Source: Perna viridis (lineage: Eukaryota). From it: 64,000 bases of DNA. A program made the translations under genes and the position numbers. Under the pieces are notes generated by a model. The model was given only the letters and a program-made list of their open reading frames with translations. It was not told the DNA's origin and ran no database searches. The first letter of the stretch is position 1. Each line of letters starts with the position of its first letter. The stretch covers positions 32,621,644 to 32,685,643 of the forward strand of contig CM074524.1 of the NCBI GenBank assembly GCA_037379345.1, read 5' to 3'. Below, one piece after another: positions 24,116 through 36,900 of this stretch.

Positions 24116-25068
24116 GTTAGTCAATCCATGATATACATGTAATGCTGCTGTGGCTACTACTTGCTATTTTTGAGTATTTGTATCCATAACTGTGTGTCAT
24201 TGATTCAGATTGTTAATGTGGTATGCAATTTGAAATAACGCTTGCTTATGTCATGTAAATTAACTTGCATTTACATGTATTTAGCGAAATACATACATGT
24301 AATATAAAGGTAACACCAAATTGAGTATTTTCTTTGGATTTTTATTAAATGTTATGTGATAATTCACAAATAAATGTTTTGTTGTAGGTATATTTAACTA
24401 ATAAGATATGATCCTTTCGAGGAATGAAAATAAACCTTTTATCATCTTAAAAACTTATGTCTGTGACAAAGAATCAGTTTGGTGTGTCCTTAAAGTAGAA
24501 TTGTGTGGTGTATGCAGGAAATTAATGGTTTGTATATACATGTATCTGGTCTAACCATATGAACCAGTCAGAAGTTTAAATGCAATATTTTCTACAGCTC
24601 AACTAAAACAAATTCTCATTTTGTTTTTTCCTGTTTTCATGATCTTCCAAAATAAAAAAAATCCTAACATTGACAACATCACTTCTCCTATAGTCTTAAA
24701 AAAATGGGAAAGAACTACATAAACATTAAGAAACATGACAACCACAGTTTGTTGCAAACTATAAAATTTTGGGCCCTGCTAATTTAAGGGCATTATTTCT
24801 TTTTTTTTTTTTCAAGTTGTCAATCTAGATCTCTTGACATAACTTTACTGCAGGTAAAAAAAACCTGGTATAGCAGAAATGGCCAAGTTACAAATAATTA
24901 GTACTTATTGCTTTTATGAGCCGGTTACAAAGGTATATAAATTGTATCTGCTCAATGGTCTTGTATTTGATCACAAATATTGCATCTAAACTTCTATGGT
25001 GTTATATACTAGTGCTCTAATATATTGTTGTAGTATAACAGTGTGCTGTGATTTTGTTTGGATTGTAG

Positions 25069-25203
25069 GCTTCAAAACACAGAAAAGGGGACGAGGATAT
25101 TTTACCATATCTATCCCCAAGATCTAGTCGACCACCGAGTCGTTATCGTCCCAGGAGTGCCCCAGCAGACAGACAATACGTTAGTGATAACTACGATGCT
25201 GAT
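25069..25203 (+). CDS. ERICH3: ERICH3 exon 4b
   Basis: ttgtag / gtgagt; 135 nt, phase 0-0; ASKHRKGDEDILPYLSPRSSRPPSRYRPRSAP... Confidence 0.85.
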
Positions 25204-25280
25204 GTGAGTTTGGGAGTGTAAAAAAACCTTTTTTTTTCAATCCATTTAACATAGTAGGAAGTAGTAGTCAGTTAGACAAT

Positions 25281-25490
25281 CAGGCAAAAACAGATAATAT
25301 GTCTGTCTCCTATTACCCAACCTACGCTAAACATTTTATGGCATATTTGGCCCACTAAGCGTCATTAAAGTCTATATTGTTTACCCATCAACTCCATTCA
25401 AATTGTTTTTTTAAAAATAAAGTAATTTCCCTACCTACCCTATTTTTTCTTGCTGGTAGCAGAAAACAAAGCTATGATGTTTGTGCCTAG
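25281..25490. mobile_element. Decayed MITE family (CCTACCCTA core); second copy near 19845-20070
   Basis: shared CCTAC.CTAAACATTT ... TTTCCCTAC ... TTTTCTTGCTG.TAGCAG.AAA ... GCCT segments. Confidence 0.5.
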
Positions 25491-26547
25491 CAATAAAAGA
25501 CATTACATATATTATACAGATTGGGAATTATTTACTGGTGGAATTTTTAAGATATTGAGTTAAAGCTAAGTTCATGAGCTCCTACAAATTTCTGTTAAGG
25601 ATACCTTTTCCTTTCTGATGTATGTGAGAATAAATAATTTCTGTGCATAGCACTGAATGCTTAAGTCATTAAAGGCAGTTATAATCAGTTTTCACATACA
25701 TTGCATACAGGTGCCAGAAAATTTCAGAATTGAAGATAATTCCAAATCTAAATTAATCTCAGCTTTTATTATTACATTTATAATTCTTGCTAAAAGCGTT
25801 TTTTTTTATTGTTCCCATGTATCCTTAGGCTCGCTGGTTTTCTGTTTTGTATCCTACATAAAGTATTAAATAGGAATCCCCATGAATTCCAATTCGACAA
25901 GAATTTGAATTATACATGACATATAGCATGATAGATGGTACAGAACTTTTTAAAGACTTTTGTCTTCATGGTAAAATCCAAAGCATTCAAAAGTTCTATT
26001 TAAAAATATGATTTAGTTGCTCTACAATAAACTCTTTATTTTCATGTAAGGTATTGATAAGATTTACTTATATTTGCAGTTAACATATATTTGTATAAAC
26101 AAATAGCAATGAACTAAATTGATATACATGTATAGATGAGGCTTAGAACCTCAGGAAAAGATGAAGTTACACAGAGAATTTTTTCTGTTTTGAGCCAAAT
26201 TTTGTTAAGTCAAAGCATTGTTTTTGTGTTTTTACTGCCACAAATATTAAAACATAATAGCAGGTTTCAAGCTAGAAAAATCATGTGTTTGGCTTAAAGT
26301 GTGGACTTCTTGGTAGCTGCAAACCAATTTAATGATTGTGACATCAGAAGAAAATTGTTATCATCATTTACATTTTGTCACTCATTGATATACAGTCAAT
26401 GCATTTTGACTACACAAAGACAATGGTTGCGGTGAAAATGAAAGTAAAGGAAAGTAAGGATTTATTTTGTGATTGCTTGTTAAAAAAAGAAAATAAAGAC
26501 ATGACAGAACATGATTAGTTTTAGTAATTGTATGAATGTTTTATAAG

Positions 26548-26649
26548 GTTATCTATGTTGATGATGAGGGAAGACCTGTGACCCCTCCCAAGGATCTACA
26601 GGAAGATAATAAACGAAAGGAAGAGATAGACACCAGACATCTATATTCA
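26548..26649 (+). CDS. ERICH3: ERICH3 exon 5
   Basis: ataag / gtaaga; 102 nt, phase 0-0; VIYVDDEGRPVTPPKDLQEDNKRKEEIDTRHLYS. Confidence 0.82.
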
Positions 26650-27132
26650 GTAAGATACTCAATGGTTTTTTTTTTTGTTTAATTGGATTTCAAAAAATGT
26701 GTTCACTGTAATCTTTGTAACAAATGAATGAGAAACATCTGCCATGATTAGCACATTTTGGTGACAAATATCAAGCAAATACCAAATGAATTCCATGGGT
26801 GTAATTTAATTAAGGATTAAAACTTTTTTTCAGAATTTATCAGTGTGAAAAATTTGCATGACCATTCAATCATAAAATCAGTGAAAGTCAAGAGTTCTTG
26901 TTAAATGGAAAATTGTATACTTAATCAATTAAAACACACAGAAAATGGTCATTTACTTGGTAATCTATATAACATTGTTTATTTTCAAATTTTATGATCA
27001 AAAGTGCAATGTAGGTTAACATTTTATTAACCATGCTGATCGCCTTGGCAACTCCACTAGTTTGTACCTGATAAAGTTCCATGCTGAGAAAGTGAAACTT
27101 CTTTTAATCTAAGATTTCTCTTTTTATTTTAG

Positions 27133-27357
27133 CTTGATTCTACTGCTTTAAAGAAGTATGCACTGACACTTTCAAAGATTGAACAAGGAGAAGGAATGTC
27201 ATCCCCTTACCTAATAAACCAGGCCCCATCTCCACCTAGAAGTGCTAGAGTATCTAAAAGTAGCTATAGAGATACTAAATACAAGCCCCGCCTTAACAGG
27301 CCAAGGACAGCCAATAGTTTGAGCCCTTACAGAAGTACTAGAACTGGAGCTGTACAG
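27133..27357 (+). CDS. ERICH3: ERICH3 exon 6
   Basis: ttttag / gtatgt; 225 nt, phase 0-0; LDSTALKKYALTLSKIEQGEGMSSPYL... Confidence 0.85.
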
Positions 27358-27407
27358 GTATGTATTTCCCTATTTCAATATGATCTTATTTAAGAAATAA
27401 ATTATAG

Positions 27408-27514
27408 GAACTCCATTTTATCATTGTTTTACCACAGGCTGGCCATTTATGTCGCATTGTTATATAACAGCGTAAATGGCCAGTCGGTGGTTAACGATGA
27501 TAAAATGGAATTTC
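27408..27514. repeat. About 105-bp imperfect palindrome (putative non-autonomous element end)
   Basis: CCATTTTATCATTGTTTTACCAC.GGCTGGCCATTTA / TAAATGGCCAGTCGGTGGTTAACGATGATAAAATGG. Confidence 0.7.
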
Positions 27515-29190
27515 GTTGATTTATTTCGATTCTAATATGACTAGTTTCTTCATATTTTTGAATCGACACAGCCTATGTTTTGCACAAAATATGGTTCATG
27601 TATTTATCACTATTTTACCATGGGTGTGGTCTAAATAGCTTTGTAGCATGTCATATTAATTTGTTTTTTTTTTTTTTGTGACTGTGTCAAGATTGATTTG
27701 ACATCTTTTGATTTATTCCTCAGCATATCCGATTTTCTTCCTACTTAGAGATATGATAACCTAAGTAGATCGAAAATGTAAGTCAATAATTGATATGAAT
27801 ATTTGATAAAAAATGGTAAGATTATTACATAATGTTGCAATAGTTTTGGTAATACAAGTCTTAAGACTAGGTCAGATTAACTTTGTGCTTTTATTCACTG
27901 TTACCTAATAATACACCTGCTTCAGTTTAGTTTTAAGAAATAAAAGTACAATTTTTGCCTGTAATGGATTAAAACATAAAATTTTCTAGTTGTTCCAAGT
28001 CTGTATGAGACTGAACATTACATATGCTTAATTATGAATAATACATATATGTCACAAAGATATGATGGTGTCACAAATAGCACTATTTTTTGAAAGGCTG
28101 CTTTGCTATTTCACAAATGCATACTGTGGGCTTATTTTAAAATAGAATAAGTATTAAAACACATGGACATCACTTGTTTGCCTATTTTTAGCTGGAGTTC
28201 AGAGATAATTGGCACCTTGCAGACAAGAAAGTTTATAAAACACCATATGTTCATGTATGTGTGGCATGAAAGTTCAGACATTGCTATATCTGGCATGAAA
28301 CTATAGCTTCAAGTAGATATAAACAGCATGGGTTCTATGTGACCATTGTAGTTCATTTCCAGGAGAGATATCACAGATAAAAGATTTAGACTTTTTCCTG
28401 TGTAAATAAGAAAAATCCCTGTATTGTTGACCTTTGACCTAGTAATTATGCATATGAACTTAACAGAACATGTCTTTTCTATTAGTTATATTTCATAATA
28501 CAGTGCTAGTGTTAAACATTTTGATCAGAGTCCAATTCCTTTAAACAGAGGTAATCATTTGTTTTTGTTTTTTGTTTTAATTTGGAGACAGACAGACAGA
28601 CACTTTATTCACATAAATCATAAATATTTTAAAGGTACAGAGATGCTACATAGCATACATTGCTAATATTAATGCATGCAATTGTTTCATTCAGAGCTAA
28701 GATTCCTGTTACACATGCATATAACATGTAGCTGTGTAGGTTGCACATGTAAAATATAAACTGCACCCAGTATTTTTATTGAGGGCTGATATTAAAGAGA
28801 AAAGATAATTTAATAAACAAAAAACCCAACAAAGCTGGAACCTTGTTAATGGGCGGCTTGTTAAGTTTTAGAGAACAAAATTTATCAACTGCTGCTTGTA
28901 ATTTTTTTTTTTTCATATCAATTATTCTGTTTGTCTAGAAATGGAAGGGTTTTATTATAAATATCTATAAAAAAAAATGATAAATGAATGTAATCCAGTC
29001 AGTTTAAGATTTTATCTCCTTGCTTCATTGATACCTTTTAAAAAGTTATAATTTAATGTGAAGTAGTAATTTATTCATTGTTAAAGGTCTTAGGGCCTAT
29101 TTATTACAAGAGTTAGATTTGTGCCATTTCAACAGGACAAATAACCAGTGCATGCTATATTGCCATTCTTGTGAATTTTAATTTTTCCAG

Positions 29191-29395
29191 GGTACATTGA
29201 TGCTCCACAGACAAGAGCCTGCTATGATGCACCAAGGTGAGGTCCAGACCCTGTGTGAAGTCACCATGAAATATTTTGGTCCCAGTCTGATTCTACCAAG
29301 GGATCAGAGGGATCCAACACAAGAGGTCGAGATTGAACAGCAGCACTGTGGTGGGAATACACTTCCTGTATTTAAAGAAAGGATTAAACCTGGTG
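29191..29395 (+). CDS. ERICH3: ERICH3 exon 7 (start of DUF4590)
   Basis: ttccag / gtaaga; ...EVTMKYFG...EVEIEQQHCGGNTLPVFK carries the DUF4590 QQHCGG motif. Confidence 0.93.
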
Positions 29396-29527
29396 GTAAG
29401 ATTAATTTTATTAACTGTGGATGCATTTACATGTTTTTGAATCACAGTCCATACTCCATCATTTTATCAAATGATGTAACAAAACTTGAGCGCTGCCAAT
29501 TGGTCCAATATAGTTTCAAAGGGGCCA

Positions 29528-30095
29528 TAGTTATACTTATTGACTGGGTATGAGGGGAATAGTGAGTTTTATTTATCCGAGATGCAACTATTGCCTGAAT
29601 GCAATGATTGTAACAGAGGGGAAAATAAACTTAGTATTCCCCAAATATATAGTCAGTGAGAGTGTTTTATTATACCAAAAAAGAACAAATTTATACCAAA
29701 GACTGAAAGAGACAACATACTAGATCTAAGGAAATTAGTAACTCTATATACCTATTCTAGTAGTCACATACAGAGTCACATTTTTTTTTAACTTGAGGAG
29801 ACAACAGCCATGCAAATAGACATGCCAACTTTGCACCATCCATCTGCCTGAAATTTGAAATCTCTGGACTTGACCTTGAATAACTATAAATGCTGAGAAT
29901 TCTGTATGGAGTGTTTAAAACCTAGCCAATGAAAATTCCGTGAAATATAATTACGCTTGTGGTCAAATTGTTTCGGAGAAGGCAATAGTTAAGAAAATAT
30001 TGACTGATCAATAGTCTTTTGCCGCGAAGCTCATCAGAATAGTAAAACTATTCACATACATTTTGTAAAGAAAATGTATATTGAGGAATAATAAA
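29528..30095. mobile_element. Decayed interspersed element with 5' palindrome (possibly Crypton-type non-autonomous)
   Basis: hairpin at 29536-29660 (TTATTGACT..GGGGAATAGTGAGTTTTATTT / AAATAAACTTAGTATTCCCC..AGTCAGTGA); family assignment is tentative. Confidence 0.35.
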
Positions 30096-30177
30096 ACATT
30101 AAACAGACTGTCGTGACTTCTAAATACACATATTGGAAATTGAACTTTAAAAGTATAATACTATTTTATAATTACAG

Positions 30178-30364
30178 ATGAGTTCACCTTTATATCCAGG
30201 AGACACAGAGGATATCCTTTCAGTTTGTCTATCTTTGTGGAGGGGCGCATTAGTGCTCGTGTAAGCACCTGCTGTGAATATGGACATGGCACAGGTGCAA
30301 GACTAGGAGGAAAAATGGGACAGTTCTGTCTTAAAGGAGTCAAGGGTGCCACACCATGTTACAA
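30178..30364 (+). CDS. ERICH3: ERICH3 exon 8 (DUF4590 core)
   Basis: EFTFISRRHRGYPFSLSIFVEGRISARVSTCCEYGHGTGARLGGKMGQF...PCYK matches the DUF4590 signature. Confidence 0.95.
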
Positions 30365-30815
30365 GTAAGATTTTAATGGCTTTAATTGTGTCCTACCGTT
30401 GTTGTTACTGTCTGATATTTACTGGACGTCTTGAGCTACTGCTCTATTTCAGAGTTTATGTGTTTTCTTCTGGGTGAATAAAATCAAGCACTGTCCAGAT
30501 CTGGCTAGGAAATTAAGATAAAAGACACAATCTGAAAAAAAGAAGGCAATTTTAGAATGCTTAACCAAAATGCATTAGATTTAGTTGTAATTATAATTGT
30601 ATGTTATTGTAATTTGAATATTTCTTGGCTCATGTAGAAATTTAATATGAACTGAATGAAAGGTATAAATTCTAATTTGAAAAAAAGTTTTTACATAATT
30701 TGTTTTTTTTTCTTCTTCTGAAGGGCACAGGTGCAAATTAAAATGAGGCACTTTGCCCCATCAATTTCTGTCAATAAAACACCTTTGTCAGATAATAACT
30801 TTGATTTCTTCATAG

Positions 30816-30955
30816 ATGCAAATTAAATGCTCAGGCTAGTCCGAGGGCTATGAAACGTCCCCCATCTAGCAAGAAGAAGGGACAGAAGGCAGAGGAAATC
30901 AAAGAGGAAATCATTGTTCTAAGACCTGATGACAAGAAGAAGGCAAAAGATGAAG
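30816..30955 (+). CDS. ERICH3: ERICH3 exon 9
   Basis: catag / gtacat; completes PCYK-C; phase 2-1. Confidence 0.85.
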
Positions 30956-31983
30956 GTACATAAATACGGTTTATCATGTGACTGTCTGGTATTGTCACAT
31001 GACCATCTTATTTTATCATGTGATCAGCTCTTGGTGTTATGTGGATGCTGTGTTTGTTTGTTTGAATGCAGTGAGTTTTGGTTTGAAGCAGAATTTGGCA
31101 TATTTTATCTCATCAGTATAAATTTGCAAACTATTACATATTTTCAATGAAATAACATAATCAACTTCCCTTTTTTCTTTCAAAATCCATTTAAGAAAGA
31201 AAAAACCCAGAAATTTTCTAGTCTGGTATCAGACTGTGGCATACCTGTATTCTTTCTTCATGGCTGTTCAGGAATTTTGTGTATTTTTGGTAGACTTCAT
31301 TTTCTTAATGGTTGTTAGATGCTTCTATTAATTTTTTTCATCTTGAATGCACAGTGATATATATATATACATAGATATATATACTGATGCACAATTCTTT
31401 CTCTTAGAATGTACATATTTTCTATTTTTGCTTTTATTGTTTTTATCATACAATAGATAAATAGCTTATAGTTTTAAAACTACTCTAATATACTGATTTT
31501 TTAAGAAGTTTTATTTATCAAAAAAATCAAAAATATGTTAACTTAAAGAATAGTAGTTATTTCAAATGATAAAATATTCCCCAAATTCCTTCTTTATAAT
31601 AATGATAACAAGAAAAGATCCACGATGAACTTTACTCTTGAACAGGTGGACATAATTGGCATTAAGAAATATTCTAGGAATAAAAAATAACCAGCCAATT
31701 TTCAGAAAAGTCAAAATGTAGTGAGTTTTCCTTTGATTGTAAAGAAAACAAAGTTTGCTGTAAAATTTTCCTTTACATTTTGATAAGGCCCAGAATGGTT
31801 AAGGAATGTCAATTCATATTCAGCATCCTTACCTGGCACAACTCTATACTTTTTCTTCCATAAGCTACCTGCTCTTTCTAAATTCAAGTTCAATTAAAAA
31901 GTGAAATTAAGTCTATAACTTAGGAAATCAATCTCCTTTAAACCACTAACACAGTCTTCTTTACCCATAATGCACCATTTCAG

Positions 31984-32127
31984 AAGAAGTAGATGAACAC
32001 ATAGAAGTAGCAGTAGAGGGCGCACATGCAGACGACGATGACGATAACACACGCTCTCATAAAGCTTATATTAAAACTGGGTCGGAATCAGATTACGACT
32101 TGAATAATGAAAATCAAAACAAAATTG
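31984..32127 (+). CDS. ERICH3: ERICH3 exon 10
   Basis: tttcag / gtacta; 144 nt, phase 1-1; EEVDEHIEVAVEGAHADDDDDN... Confidence 0.75.
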
Positions 32128-33839
32128 GTACTAATTTCTATAGATTTGCATGCTAGATTTATTGTTGCTTCACCAACTGGAAAGTCAGTGTACATTTGTG
32201 TAATCAGATGCATGATCAGGTCAACTTTATGACTAATGGCTAAGACATTAAGATGGTAAAACAGTTTCACATCACTATCAATATACATATTTTGATACAT
32301 ATATGCTGTTTTAATATAACAGGTTTTTCATGTATTAAACTTTCCATTCCCAACAGACCCATGGATGATTTTTAAATGTTCCTGTAGAGACTTCTTCTGG
32401 ACTTTTATTCTTACGTTATTTTATTGCAAACCATATTTTGATATTTTGAAATTCTTCAATATTTATACTGTCTTTTGTGGGGAATTAAGTTAAACTTTAA
32501 ATAAAAGCTTTTGAAGTATAATAAGGATTTTACCCCATACAAGGACTGTGCATTGTACACTGATTTTTCCTATTTTTTTAATTATGCATGCAGTTATCAT
32601 GGTAATCATTTAAAAACAAAATATATTGGTTGATTTACTTTGTCTACTAGTACCGCTAGTCTTGGAGACTTGTTTGAAAAATGCAGGCTTCCAATGTAAT
32701 TTGAAAAGCTTGTAATTGATAATAAATGCTAGTACCTGTGGAGTAATGCTAAATACATGCCAGAGAACAATTAACTTATCATAACCATCATCTATTTAGA
32801 ATATATATCTTTTGTTCCAAATTAATTTCTTAATATTGGTCATTAAATGGAAGATGTGGTTGTCTTTCCATCACTCTTTGGTTCCTAGCCTGCAGTAGTA
32901 GCTAGTTTAGTTTGTTCTTTTGTATTTCTTCAGCCAACCTTTTGCATATTGTACCTGCTAATCAGATCACCAGAATAGAAGGTATTGGAGTGTGGATCTC
33001 TTCCCTTAATGGAGTCTAGATCAAACCAAACCCCTCAAAGAAGTGTTAAAAAACCAATCTCACATATTCAGCACTGTATATTGTATATAATCAATTTATT
33101 CGGACTTGATGTATTTTATTTTCTCTGACATGCTGTGGTTTTATGCTTGCCCATCTGTTTAGTGAAAAATGTGGTTACAGCTTTGGGAGGGGGTGTTAGG
33201 TTCAGGGGAATTTGTACCCCCCTTTTGTTAGAAAATTCTTTAACCTGAATTTTACTCTGTGCATTTTAGGGGAAAAAAAATTGCAATTACAGCATAGAAT
33301 ACCCCTATACATATGCTCCAGGGGAACAAATTATCTCAGTTAACCAAATTTAGCCATTTTTAAAATGGTTTGTGACAACTTTCCACAGTGTATTTATTTT
33401 TAACGGAATTGTCAGCCCTGTTATGCATACCTTGTTTACTGAAACTTGTTGTTTTAACCTGTGTTGTAAGATCCTTTTTTTATCTATAGTTTCCCTCACC
33501 TATATCCCTTATCCCTGTTATACAGTATTCTCAGTGAATGCATTCAAAAGAAACGGATGTTTGTGAAAATTGATATAATAACAGTTTGACATAATACACT
33601 TCTCCATTCAAAGTTTAAAAGGATTAGACATGAAATGAATGCTATTCATAAATCAATGGATGAACACTGACTATCTATTCTAAACAAAAAATTCACCCTC
33701 TCTAACTGCAGAAAATATTAATGAAAGCCCATAACCTGCTTAAAAATAAATGATTTGTTACAAAGAAAATACATTCCTTACTACTTGAAAGCACTTAGAT
33801 GCTGTTAATTGTTGATAAATGTGGTTGTTTTATATACAG

Positions 33840-33902
33840 AGAATGAGTATGAAGAGGATTTTGAGGATACAGATACAGATGGAAAGAAGGATAGCGGAAC
33901 AG
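33840..33902 (+). CDS. ERICH3: ERICH3 exon 11
   Basis: atacag / gtaagt; 63 nt, phase 1-1; ENEYEEDFEDTDTDGKKDSGT. Confidence 0.8.
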
Positions 33903-36900
33903 GTAAGTTTGATAGAAAACTAATGGCAGGACAAATGGTGGGACAGGTAATTTGAGTGAGTCAGTGATATTATGATCATCACATAAATTGCAGGTAAGTT
34001 CTGATTAACATGATTAAAGGATATGTATTAATGCAATATACCACCAGCACCTGATCAACCAAGAGATTTATTGCTGACTTAAAGTTACCCGCTCGGTAAG
34101 TCTTATACTAATAAGCAGTACAAGTAATTGTGTGAATATACATTTATGCAGGAGATCACAAGTTAGTAGACAGTCTACCCAACAACACATTTGAATGTTA
34201 CACTCGAAATTTGCCAATATTTACTTATTGCTTGTATGGAATCATAATGATCATACCATATGTAAGACATTTTGTAGACCAAAAACTACAGTACTGTGGT
34301 AAATCTAAAACTTGAAAAGGAAATTGTATTCTGTCAGAGTTAGCTTAAGTAGCATCTTAAGTCATTTTTGAGAAAAACTTACATGTATGTTGGGTGGTTA
34401 TGTATTGATGTCTATTACGGTCAAATCTGTCTGAAGTGACCTTCCAAGGAGTGCAAAATCTTAGTCGCATAAGAAAGATGGTTTTTATGTACATGTACAG
34501 GGTAATTTTTTAGTGAGCGCACTACATTTGGATATTAAAAATCTACCTGTAAATACCAATGCAAGATAGGGAAATCACTGATAACCGAGGGTAAGATTTA
34601 ATTGTTGTTGAAAGAGGCTTCACTGAGAAATATTATATCTTTCCTTATATTTCTTTGAATTGAAATGACCCATTTAACAGATGATTATGACATATCCAAA
34701 TGGCGATGGATACGTCTTGACCAGGTGTAAAATATAGGTCAGTTCAAAATTGTTTCTGAAAGAAGTAATCAATCACCATTTATTCTTGATAAATTTGTTT
34801 AAGAATTTTCGGACACATATTGGTTAGACATGAATTTTCACTATCTTATAATTTAATGTGCCAATTTTTTTCGGAAAGTGCACTCAGATAAAAATAGGAA
34901 TTTTCTTGTGTCTTTAATGAGAAATAATAATCATAGTCTATAAAGACAGAATATTGCTGAATACAAGCCTCTGAAGTTTGACTATATAAGTCATAACTCT
35001 GACAATTAGTATTTGTATATATTTAGTATGTAAGGGCTAGTGAACGTTTTATCATATCAAGGTATATCATGTACTTATGGACCTTATATATTTATATTCC
35101 TTTCAAATGGTCCCTGTATTAGAATGGGAACAAATTCTATGTAACTGAGTACTAATTGTTTTTATTATGTTGTCAAATTTCTTCGGAACCTATATGTTTT
35201 CTTTTTATTGTGGTAAAAGGGGAAATAATCCTGAGTTCTCTCAGAGAAAATATATATCTTATATTCTTATTCCAACATTTTAGAGTTTAGAAATGGGAAA
35301 GATCTGAAATTTTCTACTATACATCCAGTGAATATGACTTTTGTTTTGATTTGTAGATTCAGACTGACTACATTATGGTTAATATTTTCACTTTTTTTCC
35401 TTACTATGTATGAAGTAGTATATCTTATTTTTATTGCATAATTTGTATAAATAGCTTCAATTCATTTTCAACAGACATTTTTACTATCTACTTTTGGTAT
35501 GTCACACCTTTTTAAAAGCATGTAAAAAAATAAATTTGTTTTATTTAACTTTTGTATTTGGACTTTTTTTTTAATACACTTTTTCTAAAAAAAAACTAAA
35601 AGCATGTTATTTCGCTTTCAATGTGAATATTTCCTGTGCAATAATAAGTATGATTTTTTTTTAAATGATAATGTGGTCTAATCTAAAGTTCTTTAACTCT
35701 TCCTTATTTACATAGTAAATATGTTCATATGCCAAAGAAATGTAGAAATATACAAATGTGTGTGTTCAAAGAAATAACGGAATTCATGCATGTTTTAGAT
35801 CGTAGTATAAAACTCCAGACATTTTGTTTTATTGTGAGTGTTGTATGTTGAAAATGGATCAAGCTTCTGATAGTACAACTAGATGACATACCCTTTTTTA
35901 TTGTTTTAATTCTGTAAATTTCTGTTAGATCGCAGGATCATTATTATGGATCCAAAAGAAACAAATGGTGAATATTGAGTTATTCCCCCTTTTCACCTTC
36001 CTGTTTCACAATTTAATGATTGCCTTGTGGTCAGGGTAGTAAATCTGTTAGTTATTTATAGATATGATTTAAGAGAAGAAGGTTCTCAGGGCACAGCAGT
36101 GGGCTTTTTTTAGGACATTTTTCAATGAAATATCATGCCAAAATGCTTTTTGTTTGATATGTTATGAATTATCCTTTCAAATTATGGCCCCTTATATCAG
36201 CCCTTGGTCTAATTGAGGCCTCACTGCTGTGCTAGAACTTATATCACACCAAGCATGTAGAAATTAAACTCTCCCAATTGGATCAGGGACTAAGTAGCGC
36301 ATAAAATTAGCAATTAGTCAAATTTGCTTGCATGCTGCAGCTTTTGAAATTTACATAGAGCAGTTTTACTATCCTATTTTGATTTTTTATGCAACTCAGT
36401 TTTTGGCAGTATTAATTTTTACATTTTCCTCATCACATAGTAGTCACATGATTTGCTCCCTGACCACGTGACAGTTTAATCACTGCATGATTGATGTGAT
36501 TACATTTAACATGACAGTCCTCACTCATTTTATTAATTATTACTTTAAAAGATAATTGAAAATAAATTCAGATCAGGTATTTTATCCATTTAGTCAAATG
36601 AATTTCTCTTCCTTGTCTTACATGTTATTGTCATAGTCTCATGGAATAAAGTTAAGTCTTTGTCTGTCTTTTTATCTGTGAACATCTATTTACATAGCAC
36701 TCTACAATACCATACTTGACCAAGTTTTCATCATTCATTTCCCATTTTTAACCTCTATTGATTTTCAAGGTCACATATATAAAATTGAAGGATTTTGATC
36801 AAATGTTACATTATGTAGACAAAAACCTCCCATCTTCAACTGATTTTTTCCAAACAGGGACTAAGAAGGAAAATCAAAATTGTATGTGAGATTTTGAGGT

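Noticed and set aside
28486-28550. Possible micro-exon ending AGAG|GTAATC
   Set aside because: No acceptor gives a length or phase compatible with the phase-0 flanking exons
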